A stretch of 64,000 nucleotides of DNA, taken from contig JAZKFH010000011.1 in assembly GCA_040386535.1 (NCBI GenBank), positions 76,473-140,472 on the forward strand, written 5' to 3'. This DNA comes from Myxococcota bacterium. GTDB taxonomy: Bacteria > Myxococcota_A > UBA796 > SXON01. Both the position numbers and the translations under genes were made by a program. Of this stretch, positions 57,989 through 64,000 are shown piece after piece. Positions within the stretch are counted from its first letter, which is position 1. Every line of letters starts with the position of its first letter. The notes under the pieces are model-generated. The model had not been told where the DNA came from, did not search any database, and saw nothing but the letters and a program-made list of their open reading frames with translations.

Positions 57989-59068
57989 ATGCTCTCGGTC
58001 CTCCTCCTGTTCGCGTGCGGCCGCCTGACGGAGATCCTGACGCCGGCGCCCGCCCTGGTGTGCTCGAGCGACACCGACCCCCTGGCGCAGGCGTTCCCGC
58101 TCGGCGCGCGCGTGGTGACGCGGTCCGCGAAGGGTGCCGTCGCGGTTCGGGGTGCAGATCTGGAGGTCGACCGCATGCTGCTCCCGTCCGGCGCCGCGGT
58201 CATCGGGCACGCGGGCGAGGACCTGCTGGTGGCCTTCGCGGACGGGCGCACGGCGGCGCTCGACAGCTCGGGGACGCTCGTGTTCGGCCCTTCGGTGGCC
58301 GGCGTCCCGGCGTGGATCGGGGAGAGCGGCGGACGTCGCCTGGCAGTGGGGCTCCGTGCGCCCCCTGTCGTCGAGCGCCCCGCCCCCTCGCCGCCGGACG
58401 CGGGCATCGTGACTGAAAACGCGCTCGGGCTCGGCCCGGTCGACCTCTCGGAGGTGGTGCTCGATCTGGTGGACCTCACCGATGGGAGCCACCGGAGCGT
58501 CACGATGGCGCTCCGCAAGCAGTATGGCAACCTCGAGGTGCCAAGCGCCGTCCTCGCCACGGACGAGGCCCTCTACATCGGGTGGGACTGGGGGGAGTTC
58601 GGCGGGGGGTACGCCCGGGTCGACCTCGCGGACGTGTCGGCGCGGGCCGTACCGGGCGCCCCAATCTACGGGTTCGCACGTGTCGCCGATGAGGTGTGGA
58701 TGCACGGCGGCACGATGCACATGGGGATGCTGTTGACGAACATCGCCACGGCAGACGACCCCCAGAGGGGGCTGTACGCCGCCTCGAACTACGACAAACC
58801 CCCGCCGCCCGGGCCGGTGCTCCCCATCACGCACATCGTCGAGGGCCCCGGCGACGCGCTCACGGTGCTCGCCTACAGCGACATCTGGCGCGCCGACCGC
58901 GCGCTCGCGCGTTGGGACAAGGTCGACATGCTCGACCTGCGCTACGAGCCGGGGCGACCGGATGCGGTGGGGACCTACCCGGCGGTCACCGCCGCGTGGC
59001 GCGACGCGCAGGGGCGCCTGGTCCTGGCCACACGCGGGAATGGGATGTGCGTGCTCGATCCACCCTGA
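57989..59068 (+). CDS. Lipoprotein, probable beta-propeller
   Basis: LLFAC lipobox; LYIGWDWGEFGGG, VWMHGG..HMG, GRLVLATRGNG. Confidence 0.78.
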   Translation: MLSVLLLFACGRLTEILTPAPALVCSSDTDPLAQAFPLGARVVTRSAKGAVAVRGADLEVDRMLLPSGAAVIGHAGEDLLVAFADGRTAALDSSGTLVFGPSVAGVPAWIGESGGRRLAVGLRAPPVVERPAPSPPDAGIVTENALGLGPVDLSEVVLDLVDLTDGSHRSVTMALRKQYGNLEVPSAVLATDEALYIGWDWGEFGGGYARVDLADVSARAVPGAPIYGFARVADEVWMHGGTMHMGMLLTNIATADDPQRGLYAASNYDKPPPPGPVLPITHIVEGPGDALTVLAYSDIWRADRALARWDKVDMLDLRYEPGRPDAVGTYPAVTAAWRDAQGRLVLATRGNGMCVLDPP

Positions 59069-59599
59069 CGGGAGCACGCCGTACATACGTGCGCCATGTT
59101 TGCCGGCCCCGACGCTCCCGCCTTCGTCCTCCGCCGCCTCTTCCCGGCCGCCCCGCTGTTGGGGGCCGCTCCTCGGCGCGCACACCGTGGGACGTCGGGT
59201 TCTTCCTGCGCTCGTTCGCCGACGCGGAGGGCGGCGCGCGCCTCGCGCCGGTCGCGCCGCGCCTGGTCGCGACGCCCGGCGTCTGGACCCACTCCTCCTC
59301 GCGACCGGCGCGTGGCCCCGGCCCGCGCTCCCCGTCGGGGCGGGCCGCGCGCTCGATGTCAGCGTGGGAGCCCTGATCGGCTTGCAGGGCGTCAACGCGT
59401 TGCTCCCTACGCCCACGGACATCGTGTCCATGGGGTTCGGCGCCTTGGGCGGTATACCTCCTGGTACCGCGCTCGGCCCCCGGATCGATCGGCAAGTTGG
59501 GGACGGCGGCGCGGTCGTGGGCGCGGCATCGGCGGGCGCGTGACACGAGTGAGGCTCGCATGGACTCCGGACGACGCCGCTGCCACGGCAGACCCTCCC

Positions 59600-59831
59600 G
59601 ACCCGACAGAACGGGCCTCACTGCCGGTCGTGACGCGGTTTCTGTCGGGTCACGCCGGTGCAATTCGGCGCCCAGGACCGCCGCAACGACCCCCCTGAAC
59701 GAGACAACGCCGGCTTTTCAACACTGCGGCGGCGCTCCACACTCCCGGCGTCGCCGCGATACCCAGGCCGGAGCCCCGAGACCCGACAGAACGGGCCTCA
59801 CTGCGGGTAGTGACGCGGTTTCTGTCGGGTC
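59600..59831. repeat. Two REP-like 52-bp hairpins, 180 bp apart
   Basis: GACCCGACAGAACGGGCCTCACTGC...GTGACGCGGTTTCTGTCGGGTC at 59600 and 59780. Confidence 0.85.
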
Positions 59832-60096
59832 ATCCCGGTGCACGTCCGCGCGCGCCATCCCCGCGACCACCACGCCCGCCCTGGGAGCTCGCGCTCTCCC
59901 CGCGCCAGGGGGGCCGGAGCGTGCCCGCGTCCGCGCGGGCAGTCCCGCGCCTCGGGCGCGGACCAAGGCGCCTCCCGCCGCGCGCGGAGGACACCCGCCG
60001 CCTGCGTCCGCGCGGGCGGGCGCCCCGTTCACACGGTCCACGTCGCCCCCCCGCCGCCCCGCCCTCCTGCCCCCACGCCCCCCGTTAGGCCATCCG

Positions 60097-60708
60097 ATGC
60101 TCCTCCTCGCCACCGCCCTCGCCGCACCGCCCGCCGCTCCCCTCCTCGACCGCGTCGTCGCCCGCGCTGGCGATCCGTACCGGGAGCCCGGCCTCTCGTT
60201 CACGTTCGCCGTCGGCGACATGGCGCGGACGCACCGTTGGGACATCCCCGGGCAGAAGGCCGAGGTGCGCTGGACCTCCAAGGAGGGGCAGGTGTGCACC
60301 GTGGTCGTACCCGTGCCCTACGCGGGAGACGACGTCCTCCAGAACGAGGCGTGGGCGCTGTTCACGAACGACCAGTATTGGCTGCTCGCCCCCTCCAAGT
60401 GGAAGGACCCCGGCGTCACGGTGACGGCCAATGGCAACGACCTGGTCGTCACGTTCGCTGGGGTGGGGCTGACGCCGGGCGACCGGTACGTCGCCCACAT
60501 CGACCCCGTCACGGCCGACGTGACCGGCTGGGACTACGTGCTCCAGAGCGGCAAGACCGGCGCGTGGTCGTGGGCCCCTGCCACCGCTGTCGGGGGGCTC
60601 CACCTGTCGCTCGAGCGCACGTCGCCCGAGCGGACGATCCGCTTCACCGACGTGAAGAGCGCGCCGGTGCCGCTGGGCGCGCCGGGCGGGAGCTGCACGA
60701 CCGGGTAG
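60097..60708 (+). CDS. Secreted conserved hypothetical protein
   Basis: Signal peptide; H.WD, AW..F.ND.YWL..P.K..DPGV, VGLTPGDRY motifs. Confidence 0.8.
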   Translation: MLLLATALAAPPAAPLLDRVVARAGDPYREPGLSFTFAVGDMARTHRWDIPGQKAEVRWTSKEGQVCTVVVPVPYAGDDVLQNEAWALFTNDQYWLLAPSKWKDPGVTVTANGNDLVVTFAGVGLTPGDRYVAHIDPVTADVTGWDYVLQSGKTGAWSWAPATAVGGLHLSLERTSPERTIRFTDVKSAPVPLGAPGGSCTTG

Positions 60709-60939
60709 CCGCGGTTCACTCGGGTCGTTGTTCTCGATCGTTCGTGGCCGAGTGAACCGCCCGAGCGATCGGCCCACGCTGCCGCCCCCGGCGCGCCGGA
60801 TAGCGCCGGTGGGGAGGGGGAAATGCGCGGGGCGGAGCAACACCGGGGGGTGGGGGGGGTGGTGCCGCTGCGACACCCCGCGCTCTCGAGTCATACCACA
60901 CCGTCAGCCGTGTGTCAGCGGGACCGGATAGAAGGCGCC

Positions 60940-62328
60940 ATGTCCTTTGCCGATCTCGGGCTTCTCCCGCCTCTCGCGGCCTCTCTCTCCGCGGTGGGCC
61001 TGGTCGAGCCGACCTCCGTTCAACGCATCGCCATCCCCGCCCTGCTCGGCGGCGTGAGCGCCATCGTGGTGGCGCGCACCGGCTCGGGCAAGACCCTGGC
61101 CTACGCGCTTCCGCTGCTTCAACGCCTGCATGCCATCGAGGCCGAGGAGGGGATCGTGACCGAGCGCGGCCGCCCGCGCGCCGTCGTGCTCACGGCCACG
61201 CGCGAGCTGGTCGACCAGACGATGAAGAACATCAAGGGCCACGCGCACGCGCTCAAGGCCCGGGTGCGCGCGGCGTCGGGCGGGCTCGCGGAGCGCGCCC
61301 AGCGCATCCAGCTCTCCTCCCCGGCCGACGTGGTGGTGGCGAACCCGCCGCGGCTGGTCGCCCTGCTGCAGGACGGCACGATCCGCCTCGATGACGTGCG
61401 CCTCCTCGTCGTGGACGAGGCCGACACGCTCCTCGCCCCCGGCCAGCGCGGCGACATCGACCGCATCCTCGCCGCCCTCCCCGAGGGCCACGCGCTCGCG
61501 CTCATCTCGGCCACGCTGCCCGAGCCCATCCGCGCGTGGGCCATGGCCCGTCCCGAGCACCCCGTGCTGCTGCTCTCGAAGGACGCGCACAGCGCCCCCG
61601 AGTCGGTCAGCATCCAGAACATCAAGGTCAAGCCCATCGAGCGGCTCGACACCGTGCACGACACGCTGGTGGCGATCGCGCCGAGCGCGCGCGGCATCCT
61701 GTTCTGCAACCGCCGCGAGACCGCCGACCTGGTGGGGGCCACGCTCCGGGAGCGCGGGCACTCGATCGTCGTGATCCACGGCGCGCTCGAGCCGAACGAG
61801 CGCAAGGCCGCGATGAAGGCCTTCCGCGCGGGCGAGGGCCGCGTGCTCGTCACCACCGAGCTCGGCGGCCGCGGCCTGCACCTCGAAGATCTCGCGTTCG
61901 TCCTGAACTACGAGCTCCCCGAGAAGGCCAGCGAGTACCTGCACCGAATCGGCCGCGTGGGCCGCCAGGGCGCCAAGGGCAAGGTGGTCAACCTCGTGAC
62001 CGACGCCGACGCCGCGCTCCTCAAGGAGATCGACCGCCTCAAGACCGGCGGCCGCCTCGACACCGGCGAGCGCCTGCGCTCCGCCCGCGACCGGGGGACC
62101 ACGCCCGACCGCGCCGAGAAGGCCGAGCAGAAGCGCGCCGCCGCGTTGGCCGGCCGCCCGAAGAAGAAGGGGGTCCCCGCCCGCAAGAGCGCCGCCCCCG
62201 GGGCAAAGGCGGGCGCCAAGGCGGGCGCCCCGGAGCGTCCCAAGGCCGGCGGCGCGGACCGCGGCGCAGGCAAGGGCACCGGCCCGGACCGCGGCAAGGG
62301 TGGCAAGGGCGGGCGCAACCTGGGGTAG
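60940..62328 (+). CDS. DEAD-box RNA helicase with basic C-terminal tail
   Basis: F..LGL, PTSVQ, ARTGSGKT, TREL, DEAD, SAT, HRIGRVGR. Confidence 0.95.
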   Translation: MSFADLGLLPPLAASLSAVGLVEPTSVQRIAIPALLGGVSAIVVARTGSGKTLAYALPLLQRLHAIEAEEGIVTERGRPRAVVLTATRELVDQTMKNIKGHAHALKARVRAASGGLAERAQRIQLSSPADVVVANPPRLVALLQDGTIRLDDVRLLVVDEADTLLAPGQRGDIDRILAALPEGHALALISATLPEPIRAWAMARPEHPVLLLSKDAHSAPESVSIQNIKVKPIERLDTVHDTLVAIAPSARGILFCNRRETADLVGATLRERGHSIVVIHGALEPNERKAAMKAFRAGEGRVLVTTELGGRGLHLEDLAFVLNYELPEKASEYLHRIGRVGRQGAKGKVVNLVTDADAALLKEIDRLKTGGRLDTGERLRSARDRGTTPDRAEKAEQKRAAALAGRPKKKGVPARKSAAPGAKAGAKAGAPERPKAGGADRGAGKGTGPDRGKGGKGGRNLG

Positions 62329-62522
62329 CGCGCATGGTGTCTGGGCGACCGGACAGGGCGCGGTGCCCCGGCGCCCCGAGCGGCGCCGCCCGCGCCCGGT
62401 GAGCGCTGCGGTGCTGGTGGACATCGTCGCGGCCGCCGCACTCGCGGTGGGTGCGCGTCGGCAACCCCCGTGCCCCTCGGGCGCCCGAGCACCGAGCGGC
62501 CAGCGAGCGCCCACTTGTCCGT

Positions 62523-62984
62523 TTACCCGGCGACCGCGGGAGCCACGGGGATCGCGGGCGCCCGCACCGGCGGCACGAACAGCAGGATCGCGTAGCCGAC
62601 CACGTTGAGGAGCCCCAGCAGCCCCAGCCAACCCGACCGACCCTTCCCGCGCGCGAGGGTGCCACAGGCGTATACACACGCCGCCAGCCCCGGGGCGAGG
62701 CAGACCATACTGCCCACCATGAGGAGCTGGGCGGCCCCGAGGTCCGTCTGCGCGAGCGTGACGGCCACCGTGTTGAAAACGGCGGCGAAGTACAGGCTGC
62801 CCATCCCGAGCGCGCAGATCAGGGAGGTCTTGCCTTGCACGCCCGGCACGCGGTCCCGTGTGGCCCACCCCCAGCCGGCGATGCTCGCGCGGAGCGCCGC
62901 GCCGAGGAAGCCGGACATCTGCCAAACGACGGCACCGGTGAACAGGACGACGACGGCGAGGCCGAGCCAGGAGAGAGCACGCAT
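62523..62984 (-). CDS. Multi-pass membrane protein
   Basis: Four hydrophobic segments; LARGKGRSGWLGLLGLLNVVG motif. Confidence 0.7.
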   Translation of the reverse strand: MRALSWLGLAVVVLFTGAVVWQMSGFLGAALRASIAGWGWATRDRVPGVQGKTSLICALGMGSLYFAAVFNTVAVTLAQTDLGAAQLLMVGSMVCLAPGLAACVYACGTLARGKGRSGWLGLLGLLNVVGYAILLFVPPVRAPAIPVAPAVAG

Positions 62985-63062
62985 CGCGCCCGCTGTCCGA
63001 TCGGATGCGACTGTGCATGTCTGGGCGGGGGCGTGGAGGGATGGCGTCTCCGCGTCGGCGCC

Positions 63063-63425
63063 CTACCCGCAATCCCCCGATTCCAGGCACGCCGCGTAGC
63101 CCAGGATGCGCGGCCCGAAGGCCACCGGGCTCTCCCGCGGCCGCCAGCCCCGGGCCACCCGGTCGAACAGGAGCGCGCGCGCCGTCGGCTGCTCGTTCCA
63201 CACCGCGACCGCGGTGACGGCGCCCAGTCAGGTGGTGTCGTACACGAGGAACACGCCCGCCACGCCCACCACCACGTCGTGGGTGAACTCGTCCTGCACC
63301 ACGATGTCCACGATGTCGCCGCCGCGAGGGGCCACCCACCGGACCGCCTTCTCCAGCGTGACGTGCGCGGCGGCCTCCGCGACCGCGGAGACCTGGGCGA
63401 CGGAGAGGGTACCGACGACGCGCAT
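63063..63425 (-). CDS. Candidate selenoprotein, 120 aa with in-frame TGA at codon 66 (63228-63230)
   Basis: GGAGG RBS. ...QDEFTHDVV...LVYDTT-[TGA]-LGAVTAVAVWNEQPTARALLFDRVARGWRPRESPVAFGPRILGYAACLESGDCG-TAG. 52 of the 54 post-TGA codons end in G/C. Confidence 0.7.
63198..63220 (-). promoter_or_regulatory. Candidate bacterial SECIS hairpin
   Basis: CCG-U-CACCGC-GGUC-GCGGUG-UGG; the loop begins after a 17-nt spacer from the UGA. Confidence 0.6.
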
Positions 63426-63618
63426 GTTCCAGCCTCCCGAGCCCCTTCTACCCGGTCATCGGCGGGGGGGCGGCCGAGTACACGACGGATCCGCCCAACC
63501 CGAGCGAGCCCGCCGCCGTCGCGCCGCGGCCGCATCCTTCGTGTCCTCGGCCGCAGCGCCGATGCGCTCCTGCTCCTTGCTGTGCACGTGTTCTGGGCAC
63601 CGCGGTGGCGGCGAAGCG

Positions 63619-63871
63619 GGTCATGCCCCCGTCAGTGAGCCTTTTCCCGAGTCATGCCCTGGTCAATGCGCGTCCGGGCGCGCGTGCCCGCGAACTCTCG
63701 GCGTTTGCCCGTGCGCCCGAGAGGCAGACAGGCACCCAGGAGCCCATTTCGTTCATCCAGGGAGGCATGACTCGGAAATCGCGGCGTTCGCGAGGGCATG
63801 GCGGCGCTGCGGATCGGGCGTGGGCGGCCCGGGTCTCCTCCGGCATTTCGTGGCGGAGGGGGGGCATGCCC
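63619..63871. repeat. Divergent member of the MITE-like core family
   Basis: GGTCATGCCCCC...GGGGGCATGCCC ends; internal CCGAGTCATGCC / GGCATGACTCGG..GCGGCGTTC. Confidence 0.6.
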
Positions 63872-64000
63872 CAATGCCGTTGACTTAGCGCGAAAGAGAT
63901 CGTCCCAATTCCACTTTGGCCGACACCGGTCATTACAGTCGTTAGACGCCGGTTGAGGCGGGTTAGTCGTCGGCATGCGTTTTAGTAAAATCGTTGAGCT

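Noticed and set aside
59096..59543. Membrane protein gene
   Set aside because: Protein-like stretches fall in different frames; at best a frameshifted remnant, not supportable.

Overview
64-kb window of a very GC-rich bacterial chromosome. MYXO-CTERM-like tails, MopE-type Asp/Cys metal motifs, an FHA-GGDEF protein and many lipoproteins point to a Myxococcota-like organism (inference). The left end (minus strand) holds the start of a contractile injection system / phage-tail operon: an Ala-rich helical protein, a 660-aa putative tail terminator with inserts, a sheath and two tube genes, running off the window. The rest is mixed housekeeping and accessory genes: a VioB/StaD-like enzyme split into two divergent genes, SNF2+SWIM, TetR-DUF3089, a NorR-like sigma54 activator facing a disulfide reductase + Prx/Grx operon, aroC, tldD/pmbA, CBS + cystathionine lyase, AbgT, TPP riboswitch-thiC, a PLD nuclease and a DEAD-box helicase. 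Intergenic DNA is dense with palindromic repeat families, including a MITE-like element whose core is inverted relative to its arms between two copies. The most striking signal is a small gene at 63063-63425 (-) with an in-frame TGA, an fdhF-like SECIS hairpin and 54 further well-formed codons: a candidate selenoprotein that the ORF track truncates. No rRNA, tRNA, cas, integrase or transposase genes were recognised. All family calls are by motif recognition, not database search.
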